Assembly (NCBI GenBank): GCA_964353335.1
Contig: CAYGVI010000003.1
Span: 130,695 to 194,694 of the forward strand
DNA: 64,000 nucleotides
Direction of reading: 5' to 3'
From: an uncultured Methanosarcinales archaeon
GTDB taxonomy: Archaea > Nanobdellota > Nanobdellia > Woesearchaeales > ARS49
Positions 1-10,207 of this stretch are shown piece after piece. The stretch's first letter is position 1, and every line of letters begins with the position of its first letter. The notes below the pieces were generated by a model. That model searched no databases and was not told the origin of the DNA. It saw only the letters and a list, made by a program, of their open reading frames with translations. Made by a program: the position numbers and the translations under genes.

Positions 1-1076
1 TCATAGCGGCATCAATAAACGCGCACACTACTGAGACAATATTCTTTTACGGCTTCGTCATATTCATTTTAATCATCAAGTCACTTCTAAGGAAGATAAA
101 CAAGGCTGAGCTCCTGCAGTTCTTAAAAATACTTGGGCTCGCAACTCTTCTTGCAATCCTGCTGTCAGTAAATTATTTGCTGATTTTTTACAACGGATAT
201 GTCACCGAAAGCGCAAAAAGCTATATTGAATTCAAGCCAGTATCCCCTGAGGCATTTGAAGCAATCCGAGTTCCGCCTTTGCAGGATTTCCACTGGCCGG
301 TTCTTACTGCAATCCTGGTTGGAATAGGCGCGGTTATCCTGCTTATCAGAAAACAGCAGCACACCGCAATCCTGGTTTCAGCATACATGCTTTTGGTCGG
401 CCTTACAAATTACATAGGCATGCATTACCGCGCATTCCAGACAAGGTTCTTTTGGCCAATCTACCTTGCGCTATTTTTCGGGCTGGCATCATACATTGCA
501 GTCCATAAAGTAATAAAAGGAAAATCATTATACTTCATAATCAGCGTCATTCTCGCTGCTGTAATCTTCAACAGCTATTACCAGCCAGTGCATTCAGATA
601 TACCTTATCAAGGCCAATGGGACGGATTCAAGTGGCTAGAGCAGAATACTCCTGCTGATTCCCACACTCTGATGTTCTATGGCGACGGCTACAGCCAAGA
701 CATACGCCTCCTGAAGAGGATAAAATCATCAGTTGAAGTATCCGACTATGAACGTTTCTTGAAATCATTGCCTAACAGGACAATCATAGTGACCCCTTAC
801 ACGGAAAACTACATGAAATACCTACATCGCAAAAGCTTTTTCGAGTTCGGATATTATGTGCCAGAACTAAGCCTTAACCTTGGCGCCCAGCCCGCGGACA
901 TTTGCCAATATGATTATTATTTAATTGACAGGGCAAGCGCTTATGCACCACAACTGGTTCAGGCAAACATACAAATCGCAAACATATTTATCAACCATAA
1001 CATGAGCATCTCATTCCAGAATGATAATGTTGCAATACTGAAAAACAGCAATCCTGGCGGTGAATGCATTGGCTGA
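1..1076 (+). CDS. GT-C-fold integral membrane glycosyltransferase (ArnT/PMT-like), 5'-partial (continues upstream of window)
   Basis: Frame of ORF 177..1076 is open back to position 3 (no stop codon), so it is a truncated gene. It encodes many TM helices followed by a soluble C-terminal domain whose tail ([14 protein letters not shown]) and motif QNTPADS..F.G match paralog 2104..3732. Confidence 0.6.
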   Translation, partial: IAASINAHTTETIFFYGFVIFILIIKSLLRKINKAELLQFLKILGLATLLAILLSVNYLLIFYNGYVTESAKSYIEFKPVSPEAFEAIRVPPLQDFHWPVLTAILVGIGAVILLIRKQQHTAILVSAYMLLVGLTNYIGMHYRAFQTRFFWPIYLALFFGLASYIAVHKVIKGKSLYFIISVILAAVIFNSYYQPVHSDIPYQGQWDGFKWLEQNTPADSHTLMFYGDGYSQDIRLLKRIKSSVEVSDYERFLKSLPNRTIIVTPYTENYMKYLHRKSFFEFGYYVPELSLNLGAQPADICQYDYYLIDRASAYAPQLVQANIQIANIFINHNMSISFQNDNVAILKNSNPGGECIG

Positions 1077-1413
1077 ACTTGCACAAATCAAGCAGGAATT
1101 GAAATGGCTCGCAATTGGCTACATTGCGCTCTCAATAATCATATTCATCGCATTCCAGAAGAGCAGCATCATAGAAATCCTCAGGACAACTGCCAGCCTT
1201 TACTGGATGTTTGTCCTGCCAGGCTACACACTCTCATTATGCTCAAAGCAGGGATTTGTGGACAGGCTTATTATTGGAGTGTCAGTTCAGGCAGCAGTAT
1301 TTGGGCTTGCCAGCTATTATGCAGGCCTTGCAGGCTGGCATATAGCAACCCATGGGATTGTTCTGCCATTGATAAGCATCATAGTAGGATTGATTTTGTG
1401 GTGGAAAAAATGA
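1060..1413 (+). CDS. small 3-4 TM membrane protein (PGYTL motif), partner of GT-C genes
   Basis: 117 aa hydrophobic ORF; paralog of 3723..4070 (shared PGYTL motif); stop overlaps next start (ATGA at 1410-1413). Confidence 0.5.
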   Translation: MNALAELAQIKQELKWLAIGYIALSIIIFIAFQKSSIIEILRTTASLYWMFVLPGYTLSLCSKQGFVDRLIIGVSVQAAVFGLASYYAGLAGWHIATHGIVLPLISIIVGLILWWKK

Positions 1414-2102
1414 AAACCTTGTCAATAATAATGCCGGTATTTAACGAGAAAAAGACAATCCGCACAATCCTTAACAAAGTCCAGAAAGCAAAACTTCCTG
1501 TCAGCAAGGAAATCATAATTGTTGATGACTTCTCAACAGACGGCACGCGCAACATCCTGAAAAAGCTGAAAGGAGTCAAAATCTTTTACCACCCGCAGAA
1601 CAGGGGGAAGGGCGCGGCAATCCGCACAGGCTTTGGGCACGCGACAGGAGACATAATCACAATACAGGACGCTGACCTTGAGTACAACCCGCAGGAATAC
1701 GCAAAGCTCCTCAAACCGATTCTTGAAGGAAAGGCAAATGTGGTGTACGGCTCGCGGTTCAAGGGTCGGGCTTTCAGCTACCAGGCTCTTGCAATTCCCA
1801 CGCATTACATCGGCAACAGGTTCCTCTCGCTTGTCACGACATTATTATACTGCCAGTGGGTAAGCGACATGGAGACATGCTACAAGATGTTCACCAAGGA
1901 AGTCCTGCAAACTCTTAACCTGAAAGGAAACAGGTTTGAGATAGAGCCTGAGATAACTGCGAAAATAATGAAGAAAGGCTTCAAAATCCTTGAGCTTCCC
2001 ATAGTTTACCACCCAAGAAAGTGGAACGAGGGCAAAAAAATAAACTGGCGCGACGGAGTAAAGGCATTGTATTACCTGATGAAGTACCGCATAAGAGACT
2101 GA
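1410..2102 (+). CDS. GT2 glycosyltransferase, dolichyl/polyprenyl-phosphate sugar synthase (Dpm1-like)
   Basis: [33 protein letters not shown] motifs typical of GT2 DPM/DPG synthases. The real start is the ATG at 1410; the N-terminal 100 aa of the track ORF 1104..2102 is out-of-frame overlap with the previous gene. Confidence 0.85.
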   Translation: MKTLSIIMPVFNEKKTIRTILNKVQKAKLPVSKEIIIVDDFSTDGTRNILKKLKGVKIFYHPQNRGKGAAIRTGFGHATGDIITIQDADLEYNPQEYAKLLKPILEGKANVVYGSRFKGRAFSYQALAIPTHYIGNRFLSLVTTLLYCQWVSDMETCYKMFTKEVLQTLNLKGNRFEIEPEITAKIMKKGFKILELPIVYHPRKWNEGKKINWRDGVKALYYLMKYRIRD

Positions 2103-2103
2103 T

Positions 2104-3732
2104 ATGGAGCGCGAAGAAATATTCACAATAATTGCAATCCTCGCAATAGTCTGCCTTGGATTTTTCGCAAGATATGCCCCATACAGCAGCGCAATAATCC
2201 ATAATTTTCCTGCAACAATAGGCGCAGGAGACCCTAACTCAAGGCTTAGCGAAGCAGAATACGTGCTTGAGTCAGGAAGCGCAAAGTTCATGCCTCCCTG
2301 GTTCACAGGCGAAAAAGACCTTATGACAACACAGCCGCCATTGAACCTCATAATCGCAGCAATGGTTGCCGGCGCTTCTGGAATAAACGTCTTTGATGCA
2401 TTCTACCTTGACGCAGTCCTTGCCTCAATCGGGGTTGCATTGTGCTTTTTTGTCCTGTTCTCAAGGATTTTCAAGAACAAAACCATGGGGCTTGTTGCGG
2501 CAGCAGCACTGATTTACCCCCTTGAGGAGTTTTTCAGCTATCAGATTAATATTGGAATGTATGCAAACTACTCAACAATACTTTTTTACCCGATAATTTT
2601 GTTGTTTGCTTATGAATTTTCATCAAAGCCATCCTGGTCAAATGCATTTTTGCTTGCTTTGGGCTTTGCAATGCAGTTTTTGATGCACTCAAGCGAAGCA
2701 GTTGTGTTTGGAGCAGCAGTTGGCTCTTACCTTTTGATTTTTGAGCACAAATCAATAGGCTGGAAAAAGCTAATTGGCGCAGGAATAATCTTTGCAGTCC
2801 TTATTGCGCCTTATTTTCCAATACTTTACTCAAACTTTATCCTGGCAAACTTTGGCGGAGAAGGTGAGGAAAGCTCGATTTTCCAGGGCAAGGAGATAAC
2901 AGCCCCAAGCTATGAGCCCCAGATTTTCCTCACAAATGTTGTCCACCCTGTGCTTTACATTCTCCTGCTACTTGCAATCGTCCTGACTTGGAAGAAAAAG
3001 GAATTCCGCTTCCTTAACTACATTTTCCTTTTCTACATCGCCGTTATTTTCATCCTTGCCAAGTTCGGCATAGGCACTTACTACGTCACAATCCGCACAA
3101 GGCCAATATTTTTCGTATTTACATATCCCTTAGTCGCAGTCGGTCTTTACACCCTTGCATCAAGCATCAGAAAATTCCTGCCTGTGAAAAAGGAAATATT
3201 TTTCACAGCACTTGTTGCCCTTCTGGTTATTGGACAAGGCTACCTTATCCACAAAGAAGCCCAGCAGCGCCAGGGAATTTTCACAGAAGATGCCTACAAA
3301 GGCTTCCAGTGGGTGAAGCAAAACACCCCTGAGGACTCAACAGTGCTTTGCTTTGGCTGCCAGCAGTTTGAAGGCCTCACATCACACCGCGTTATTGCCC
3401 AGCCAATGTATTGGGACGAAAGAAGCGTGAACCAGATGGCTGGCTTTGCCACAAACAGCACAAACTCTTCATTATGGCTTGAGCTTTGCGGCTATTCTGA
3501 CCAGCGCCTTGCAAAGAAAGGCTTGTTTGGGTTTGAAAAGCGCGGAATAACCGGCTATCATGAAAGTGACATTTGCGGGTTTGACTATTTCATAATCAAG
3601 CCTTATGGCAATGCAGGCCAATTGATGGTGCAAATAGGCCAGAGACTTTTGCAGAACAATGCAACACAAGCGTATTCAAACAACAATCTTGCAATCCTGA
3701 AGAATAACAACAAGGGAGGGAAGTGCATATGA
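2104..3732 (+). CDS. GT-C-fold integral membrane glycosyltransferase (ArnT/PMT-like) with C-terminal soluble domain
   Basis: 542 aa, about 11 TM helices, acidic residues in the first extracytoplasmic loop (GDPNSRLSEAEY), C-terminal about 190 aa soluble domain ending NNNKGGKCI like paralog 1..1076. Confidence 0.7.
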   Translation: MEREEIFTIIAILAIVCLGFFARYAPYSSAIIHNFPATIGAGDPNSRLSEAEYVLESGSAKFMPPWFTGEKDLMTTQPPLNLIIAAMVAGASGINVFDAFYLDAVLASIGVALCFFVLFSRIFKNKTMGLVAAAALIYPLEEFFSYQINIGMYANYSTILFYPIILLFAYEFSSKPSWSNAFLLALGFAMQFLMHSSEAVVFGAAVGSYLLIFEHKSIGWKKLIGAGIIFAVLIAPYFPILYSNFILANFGGEGEESSIFQGKEITAPSYEPQIFLTNVVHPVLYILLLLAIVLTWKKKEFRFLNYIFLFYIAVIFILAKFGIGTYYVTIRTRPIFFVFTYPLVAVGLYTLASSIRKFLPVKKEIFFTALVALLVIGQGYLIHKEAQQRQGIFTEDAYKGFQWVKQNTPEDSTVLCFGCQQFEGLTSHRVIAQPMYWDERSVNQMAGFATNSTNSSLWLELCGYSDQRLAKKGLFGFEKRGITGYHESDICGFDYFIIKPYGNAGQLMVQIGQRLLQNNATQAYSNNNLAILKNNNKGGKCI

Positions 3733-4070
3733 GCCTGAAATACCTTGCAGGAGCAGTAATTGCAGTCCTTGCCCTTACAACTTACTTTTCAGGCAGTATT
3801 TCAGAAGGATTCATACTCGGCATCTCCCTGATAATGCTTGGGCTGATTCCAGGCTACACTTTGCTTACTTTCCTCATGAAAGACCTTGAAGAGCTTGAAA
3901 AAACAATACTGGGATTCTTCATTGGCATCTGCTCAACTGCAATGCTGTTGTACTACCTTAATTTCATCGGCATTGCAAGCATAAAGCCAGTATTCAGCTA
4001 TGGCATTGGAATAATCTGCCTTGCTTTGCTCGCGGTAAAAAAGTTTAAACAGCCAAAAAAGGTGCAATAA
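3723..4070 (+). CDS. small membrane protein (PGYTL motif), paralog of 1060..1413
   Basis: 115 aa, 3-4 TM; same position relative to a GT-C gene as 1060..1413. Confidence 0.5.
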   Translation: MHMSLKYLAGAVIAVLALTTYFSGSISEGFILGISLIMLGLIPGYTLLTFLMKDLEELEKTILGFFIGICSTAMLLYYLNFIGIASIKPVFSYGIGIICLALLAVKKFKQPKKVQ

Positions 4071-5134
4071 TGTACCAGACAAGAACAATATTCAAGCCGT
4101 TTCTGCTTTTGACTGACATAATTGGCTATGTTTTTTTCTTCTGGCTCAAGTTCAGAAGGGTTCCAGAGCCTAAAAAGATTCTTTGCATTAGGATTGACCA
4201 CATTGGAGACGTGCTTCTCACAACCCCTGCATTCAGGGCTCTTAGAAAGCGCTATCCAAAGGCAAGGATTGATGTGCTTGTGCGCTCTTTTTCAAAAGAA
4301 ATACTTGACGGCAACAAAAACATCAGCAAAATTCTCACTTTTGACTTTCCCTGGCTTGGCTTGCACGGCAAAAAAGCATCCTGGAAAGAAACAATTAGCT
4401 TCATAAAACAGCTAAGAAAGGAAAAATATGATATCGCCATTGATTTCCACGCAGACCCGAGGAATATCTGGCTCGCAACAAAGGTCGCAAAGTACAGGAT
4501 TGGATATGGAATACGCGGATTTGGCTTCCTACTAAACAAAGTAGTGCCTTACAAGCCAGCAAGACACCAGATTCAGAGAAATTTTGACCTTGTCCGCGCG
4601 CTTGGAGCCAATGCAAGCCAAGAAATGGATTTCATAATCCCTGCATCTGCAAAAACAAAGGCAAAATCACTTCTCAAGCAGGCTGGAAATGCAAAACTTG
4701 TTGGAATTACTCCAGCAACAGGAAGAAAGCCAAAATACTGGCTTAATGAACGCTGGGCGCAGGTTGCCGATGCACTTGTTGACAAATATGGAGTAAAAAT
4801 AGTGCTTACAGGCGGAAAAGGAGATGCTAAAGACATTGAAGAAATAATCAGCAATATGACCCACAAAGAAAATATCATAAATCTTACAGGAAAAACATCG
4901 CTGAAAGAGCTTGGGGCAGTTATCCAGCAGTGCAGTCTCTTCCTAAGCCCTGACACAGGCCCTGCTCACATTGCAAGAGCGCTGAATGTTCCGCTACTTG
5001 AGCTCTTTGGCCCTGAAAATCCAAAGCAGTGGGGCTATAACGAGCCAAAGTTCAGGCACATAAAAAAAGACAAAATGGAAGACATAACAACAGAAGACGT
5101 AATTTCTGCAGTCAAACAAATGAGAGCGCTTTAA
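4070..5134 (+). CDS. GT9 family glycosyltransferase (ADP/GDP-heptose heptosyltransferase, RfaF/WaaC-like)
   Basis: ILCIRIDHIGDVLLTTPAFRALRKRYP...GITPATGRKPKYW...LTGKTSLKELGAVIQQCSLFLSPDTGPAHIA: canonical GT9 heptosyltransferase motifs. Confidence 0.85.
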   Translation: MYQTRTIFKPFLLLTDIIGYVFFFWLKFRRVPEPKKILCIRIDHIGDVLLTTPAFRALRKRYPKARIDVLVRSFSKEILDGNKNISKILTFDFPWLGLHGKKASWKETISFIKQLRKEKYDIAIDFHADPRNIWLATKVAKYRIGYGIRGFGFLLNKVVPYKPARHQIQRNFDLVRALGANASQEMDFIIPASAKTKAKSLLKQAGNAKLVGITPATGRKPKYWLNERWAQVADALVDKYGVKIVLTGGKGDAKDIEEIISNMTHKENIINLTGKTSLKELGAVIQQCSLFLSPDTGPAHIARALNVPLLELFGPENPKQWGYNEPKFRHIKKDKMEDITTEDVISAVKQMRAL

Positions 5135-5180
5135 ACATCACTCTTTTAAAGACCTGCCAACTTTTCCGACTGACTCTAAA

Positions 5181-7115
5181 ATGTGTGGAATAACAGGATT
5201 CACTTGGGACGACAAAAGGCTTGTCAGGCAGATGGCCAGTCTTATTTACCACCGCGGTCCTGACCAGGACGGGTTCTATCATGACTCAAAGGTTTCTTTG
5301 GGCCACAGGCGCCTGAGCATTATTGACCTCTCAGACAGGGGAAGGCAGCCGCTTGAGAATGAAAACGGCGATGTGCTTGTCATTTACAACGGAGAGATTT
5401 ACAATTACAAGGATTTGCGTGCAGAGCTTGAGCAAAAAGGCCACAGGTTTTTCTCGGAAACAGACACAGAAGTGCTTGTGCACGGCTATGAGGAATGGGG
5501 CGCTGCTCTTCCGAAGAGGCTGAACGGCATATTCGCGTTCTGCATTTATGACAGGAAGAACAAACAGCTCTTCCTGGCAAGAGACCACCTTGGTGTCAAG
5601 CCTTTGTATTACCATGACACAGGAAAGCACCTTGTTTTTGCCTCTGAAATCAAGGCAATGCTGCTCGCAGATATCCCGCGCGAAGTTGACCCTGTTGCCC
5701 TGCACGAATACCTCACATTCCGTTATGCCCCTGGCGAGCGCACAATGTTCAGGGATGTCAAAAAGCTACTTCCTGGGCATTATCTTGCTTATGACCTGAA
5801 GACGCGCAAAAAGAAAATTACGCAATACTGGAGCATTGCAATGCAGTCTGATGAAACCCCGAAGAATGACGCGTTTTATGCGAAGCAGCTCCTTGAGCAA
5901 TTGAAGAAAAGTGTTGAAATGCAGCTCATGTCAGATGTTCCGCTCGGGGTTTTCCTTTCAGGCGGAATTGACTCGAGCGCGCTTGTCGGCCTGATGCACG
6001 GGCTCGGCGTTGAGGACATCAAGACCTTTGGCATAGGGTTCACAAACTACAATGACAAGGCAGAGGAAATGAAGCATGCGCGCCTTGTCGCAGACCACTT
6101 TGGAACAGACCACCACGAATTCATTGTCGGACCAGAGGCAATGGAGCACCTTCCTGCTGTTGTCTGGCATATGGACGAGCCTGTCGGAGTTGACACCTCT
6201 ATTCCGACATATCTTCTCAGCAAATTCACAAAGCCCCATGTCACTGTAACGCTTTCAGGGGAAGGCGGAGATGAGGCATTTGGGGGTTATGTGCAGTATT
6301 CAACTATGAAGCTCGCTGAAAAGCTCATCAAGCCCATTCCCGGAATTGTTCGAAGGGGGATAATTGCTCCAATCGGCTCAGTAATCCCTGTCCCTCTCCT
6401 GACAAAGTTCTTCAGGTATCCCGGCTCAATCGGCACAGAAGGAAGGGAGAGGTTTGTTGAGCTTGTCAAAAACGTGCAGGACCGCGCGCGCTCATATGTG
6501 ACAATGGTGTCAATCTTCTCTGACGCTGAAAAGCGCAGGCTGTACTCGCCTGAATTCGCAGAATCAGTTGAGGGCAGGGACATTGTTGAGGAAACGCGGA
6601 AGAAATACTTTAACAACAACCTTGTGCTTGGAGACCAGATTTTCCTGCGTGAAAACACCACTTTCCTTCCTGATTTTGTGCTTTCAAGGCTTGACAAGAT
6701 GACAATGGCATTCAGCATTGAAAGCAGGGTGCCTTTGCTTGACAAGGATTTGATGGGGCTTGTGAGCACAATCCCACGACATTTGAAAAAGAACAAGCAG
6801 GTGTTCAGGATGGCAATGAAAGACATTCTGCCAAAACAGATTGCGCAAAGGAAAAAGACTCCGTTCTATCTGCCAATTGAGTCATGGTACTCACGCGGGC
6901 TGAACAGGATTGGGAACAATGTCCTTGATTCAAAAGAGCCTGTGATGAAGAAATACTTCAGGATGCCTGCTGTCAGGAAGCTTCTTGAAAAGCCTGTTTC
7001 AAGCATGCCCCATAGCAGGCAGTTATGGGCTTTGCTTAATTTTGCATTGTGGCATAAGCTTTATATTGAGCAAAATGTGAGAAAACCCCCAAAGTCATTT
7101 GATGATTTGTATTAG
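5181..7115 (+). CDS. asnB: asparagine synthase (glutamine-hydrolysing)-like amidotransferase (WbpG/AsnB family)
   Basis: MCGITGF N-terminal nucleophile Cys2, class II GATase domain plus PP-loop SGGIDSS synthetase domain; 644 aa. Confidence 0.9.
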   Translation: MCGITGFTWDDKRLVRQMASLIYHRGPDQDGFYHDSKVSLGHRRLSIIDLSDRGRQPLENENGDVLVIYNGEIYNYKDLRAELEQKGHRFFSETDTEVLVHGYEEWGAALPKRLNGIFAFCIYDRKNKQLFLARDHLGVKPLYYHDTGKHLVFASEIKAMLLADIPREVDPVALHEYLTFRYAPGERTMFRDVKKLLPGHYLAYDLKTRKKKITQYWSIAMQSDETPKNDAFYAKQLLEQLKKSVEMQLMSDVPLGVFLSGGIDSSALVGLMHGLGVEDIKTFGIGFTNYNDKAEEMKHARLVADHFGTDHHEFIVGPEAMEHLPAVVWHMDEPVGVDTSIPTYLLSKFTKPHVTVTLSGEGGDEAFGGYVQYSTMKLAEKLIKPIPGIVRRGIIAPIGSVIPVPLLTKFFRYPGSIGTEGRERFVELVKNVQDRARSYVTMVSIFSDAEKRRLYSPEFAESVEGRDIVEETRKKYFNNNLVLGDQIFLRENTTFLPDFVLSRLDKMTMAFSIESRVPLLDKDLMGLVSTIPRHLKKNKQVFRMAMKDILPKQIAQRKKTPFYLPIESWYSRGLNRIGNNVLDSKEPVMKKYFRMPAVRKLLEKPVSSMPHSRQLWALLNFALWHKLYIEQNVRKPPKSFDDLY

Positions 7116-7124
7116 GGGGTTGCA

Positions 7125-8747
7125 GTGAAAACAAATTACAGGGAATTGTATCTTGAAAAATCACTCGCAGAAATACCACGGCTTCTCGGACTAATTGACA
7201 GAAACCCCGCATCCCAGACTTACGGCTGTTTTGACCGCAATTTCTGGCACTACAAGACTGTGGATTTCGCAACAGGAATGGCACAGCTCGGTGTTTTACC
7301 TCTTGCTTATGTCTATACGCAAAAACTGAAGAACAACCCGTATTACAAGCAGCCAAGAATAAGAGAGCTTATCCTTGCTGGAATGCGTTTTATGCCCAAA
7401 TGCTCGCACAAGGACGGCACAACTGATGAGTTTTATCCATTTGAGCGCGCACTTGGGGCAACAGCATTCTCATTGATTGCAGCCACAGAGGCATATTTGC
7501 TGCTTGGCGAGAACCATCCTGACATTGTGGCGTTTTTCAAAAAGCGCGCAAACTGGATGGCGCGCAATACAGAGCCGTCAGTTATTGCAAATCATCAGGC
7601 AGGTGCAGCATTGGCACTTGCGAATGTCTGGAAGATAACTGGCGATTCAAGATACCTCAAGGCAGCAAGGCAGAAAATCAAAAACACCCTTGCGTGGATG
7701 TGTGATGAGGGCTGGTTCAAGGAATACGAGGGCTGTGACCCTGGCTATCACACGTTTACAGTAGATTATCTTGCAAAATACTACAAAAAGACAGGCGACG
7801 AATCTGTGCTTCCTGTGCTTAAGAAAGCAGTTGAGTTCAGCACGTACTTTATCCACCCTGACGGAAGTTATGCAGGGGAATATGGCAGCAGGAACACTGC
7901 GCATTTCCTTCCTCATGGCTTTGAAATTCTTGGAAAGCACTTCCCTGTAGCATTGGCAATTGTCACTAAATTCAGCGAAGGGCTTGCAAACAACAAAAAC
8001 GAGTTCATGAATGATGAAAAATACTTTTTTTACAACCTGATAAACTATTTCCAGACATACCTTGACTGGAATGAAAAGCGCCCGGGCCCTTTTGAGCACA
8101 AAAAAGACTTTGAAAAATACTTTCCAAGGGCACGCATTTACATTTGCAAGCACAAGGACTGGTATGTGGTGTGCTCACTCGCAAAAGGCGGAGTAGTCAA
8201 AGCGTTCAAAAAAGGCAAACTAGTGTTCCAGGACACAGGAATTGTTGCAAAACTGACAAATGGGCGAGTTATTGCAAGCCAGGTCATAGACCAGGCATAC
8301 AAAATCAGTATAGGACCCCATAAACTTTCTGTTACAGGACAGTTCCACTCAATCAACCGCGAGACAATGACCTCTTTCAAGATGATTGCGTTCAGGATGA
8401 TTCTGCTTGTCCTTGCCCGCGTGTGGTGGATGGGCGCCCTTGTAAAAAATCTCTTAATAAAGCGCCTTATCACCAGAAAAAAACACGAAAAAGCGTGGTT
8501 CAGGCGCGACATAAGCATCAGCGACAAAATCTCTGTCACTACAACCCTCAAGCTCGGAGCAGGCAGAAAGGCAGGCAGGCTCTGGCACAGCACAGATGCA
8601 GCAGTCATCCACGTCCCAACAAGCCGTTACTTCCAGGAAGGCGCAATGACGCCCTGGACAGACTGCTCAAATGCAATTCCAGAACTTAATAGGAAAAGAA
8701 GAATTACGATTGAACGAAATACAGAAATGGTGGCGATAACCAAATGA
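7125..8747 (+). CDS. heparinase II/III-like (alpha/alpha toroid + beta-sandwich) protein
   Basis: GTG start with GGGGG RBS. N-terminal region with alpha/alpha-toroid-like repeats and a C-terminal beta-rich domain. The common genomic partner of AsnB-like amidotransferases in polysaccharide loci. Confidence 0.45.
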   Translation: MKTNYRELYLEKSLAEIPRLLGLIDRNPASQTYGCFDRNFWHYKTVDFATGMAQLGVLPLAYVYTQKLKNNPYYKQPRIRELILAGMRFMPKCSHKDGTTDEFYPFERALGATAFSLIAATEAYLLLGENHPDIVAFFKKRANWMARNTEPSVIANHQAGAALALANVWKITGDSRYLKAARQKIKNTLAWMCDEGWFKEYEGCDPGYHTFTVDYLAKYYKKTGDESVLPVLKKAVEFSTYFIHPDGSYAGEYGSRNTAHFLPHGFEILGKHFPVALAIVTKFSEGLANNKNEFMNDEKYFFYNLINYFQTYLDWNEKRPGPFEHKKDFEKYFPRARIYICKHKDWYVVCSLAKGGVVKAFKKGKLVFQDTGIVAKLTNGRVIASQVIDQAYKISIGPHKLSVTGQFHSINRETMTSFKMIAFRMILLVLARVWWMGALVKNLLIKRLITRKKHEKAWFRRDISISDKISVTTTLKLGAGRKAGRLWHSTDAAVIHVPTSRYFQEGAMTPWTDCSNAIPELNRKRRITIERNTEMVAITK

Positions 8748-10207
8748 ACTTTAAGCATTTTGTCCGTAGCGGCATTATTGTCAGCATTCTGTATGGAATT
8801 GCGGCGGTTGTGGGCTATCTGACAAGGCTTTTTCTTTCACACTACGTAAGTATAGATTTATTTGGCTTATTCTATTCAGTATTAACTTTCGTACTTGCAT
8901 TCTCTATATTTTGCGATTTAAGTTTAGGGCAATTACTGCAAATTTACATCCCACAGCTCAGAAAGAAGCGACAATGGGGAAAGATCAAAGGATACATCAC
9001 ATTAGTTTTGGGCTGGAATCTCATAATGCGGTTGATTATTATTGCGATGTTAATTGCAACTGCAAAATTCTTTGCTATTAACTACTTTAAGAACCCAGCA
9101 TCTGAAATCCTCATCTATCTTTTCGCTTTTGCATTCCTATTGAGCGGATTTGGCAGTTTTAGTGCAGGACTTATAGGATTCGGTTTCTTCCGCACAGTGG
9201 CGTTCTTAAATTTTTTCCGCATACTGCTTTATCTATTTGGCTTATACGCAATTTTCTGGATTAAGCCAAACCTGATAGCCGCCACCTGTGCCTATGTTTT
9301 CTCAGTACTTGCTACAGATATTATGACCTTTATTTTATTCATAAAGCGTGCAATGCCTTCATTCTTCAAAATCAAGATGCTGTTGACAAAAGAGATGGTT
9401 TTTGATACATTCAAAATGGGGATAACGCTAACACTTTGCTCTCTCGCATTGCAAGTTATTGGCATTGCAGATACCCTTACAATAACACATTTTAGGCCGT
9501 TAGCGGAATTGGGGTTATATCAGATGGCATTGCCTACGGCAACATTCATTACATCAGTTATCAGCTGGCCAATAAATCTCATGATGCCTGCCACAATTGC
9601 ATATCTTGAAAAATTACAGCAGAGAAAAGCCATCCAACAAGTAAGTCATTTCCTCTTATTTTCAGTTATTCCGATTACTTCATGCGTGATCGTATTCTCT
9701 GGAGAAATCCTTCAAATCCTGTTTAACCAAAGCAGCACTCTTGGCACGTGGATGCTCAGATTACTTGCAATAAATCAAGCAATATTTTTATTTATTCAAT
9801 TTTCAATAAGCAGTCTCATTGGATTAAAACGTGTAAAAGAGCTTCTTAAGATAAGCATCATTATAACTAGCATCATCGTGTTATTAAGTATTTTGGGCGG
9901 TTTTCTTTTTAATGCAATTGGAATAATACTAGGATATCTCTTTTCCTTCATTATATTCTTATTACTTGCGAGGCACACTATTCATAAATTTTGCGGAACA
10001 AAACCAAATTTCATGGTATTTATGCGCGGGTGTGCATTAAGTTTAATTTGCATTGCCGTCATGAGCATAATACGCTTATTAAATATGCCAGTAATCTTTA
10101 AACTTATTTTAGTGGGAATCTGTAGTTTACCATTTTATTTTTGGCTTACGGTAAGTTTTGGTTTAATAAAACCAAGTCTTATAATAAAACGCTTTAAACG
10201 GCAATGA
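8744..10207 (+). CDS. Wzx-like oligosaccharide flippase (MOP/polysaccharide biosynthesis protein family)
   Basis: 487 aa, about 12-14 TM helices, lies in a glycan locus; low-GC codon usage. Confidence 0.75.
   Translation: MNFKHFVRSGIIVSILYGIAAVVGYLTRLFLSHYVSIDLFGLFYSVLTFVLAFSIFCDLSLGQLLQIYIPQLRKKRQWGKIKGYITLVLGWNLIMRLIIIAMLIATAKFFAINYFKNPASEILIYLFAFAFLLSGFGSFSAGLIGFGFFRTVAFLNFFRILLYLFGLYAIFWIKPNLIAATCAYVFSVLATDIMTFILFIKRAMPSFFKIKMLLTKEMVFDTFKMGITLTLCSLALQVIGIADTLTITHFRPLAELGLYQMALPTATFITSVISWPINLMMPATIAYLEKLQQRKAIQQVSHFLLFSVIPITSCVIVFSGEILQILFNQSSTLGTWMLRLLAINQAIFLFIQFSISSLIGLKRVKELLKISIIITSIIVLLSILGGFLFNAIGIILGYLFSFIIFLLLARHTIHKFCGTKPNFMVFMRGCALSLICIAVMSIIRLLNMPVIFKLILVGICSLPFYFWLTVSFGLIKPSLIIKRFKRQ

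Noticed and set aside
1104-2102. 332-aa ORF starting at 1104
   Set aside because: The first about 100 aa are an alternative-frame read-through of gene 1060..1413 with no motif content; the GT2 homology starts at the ATG at 1410, which overlaps the upstream stop.
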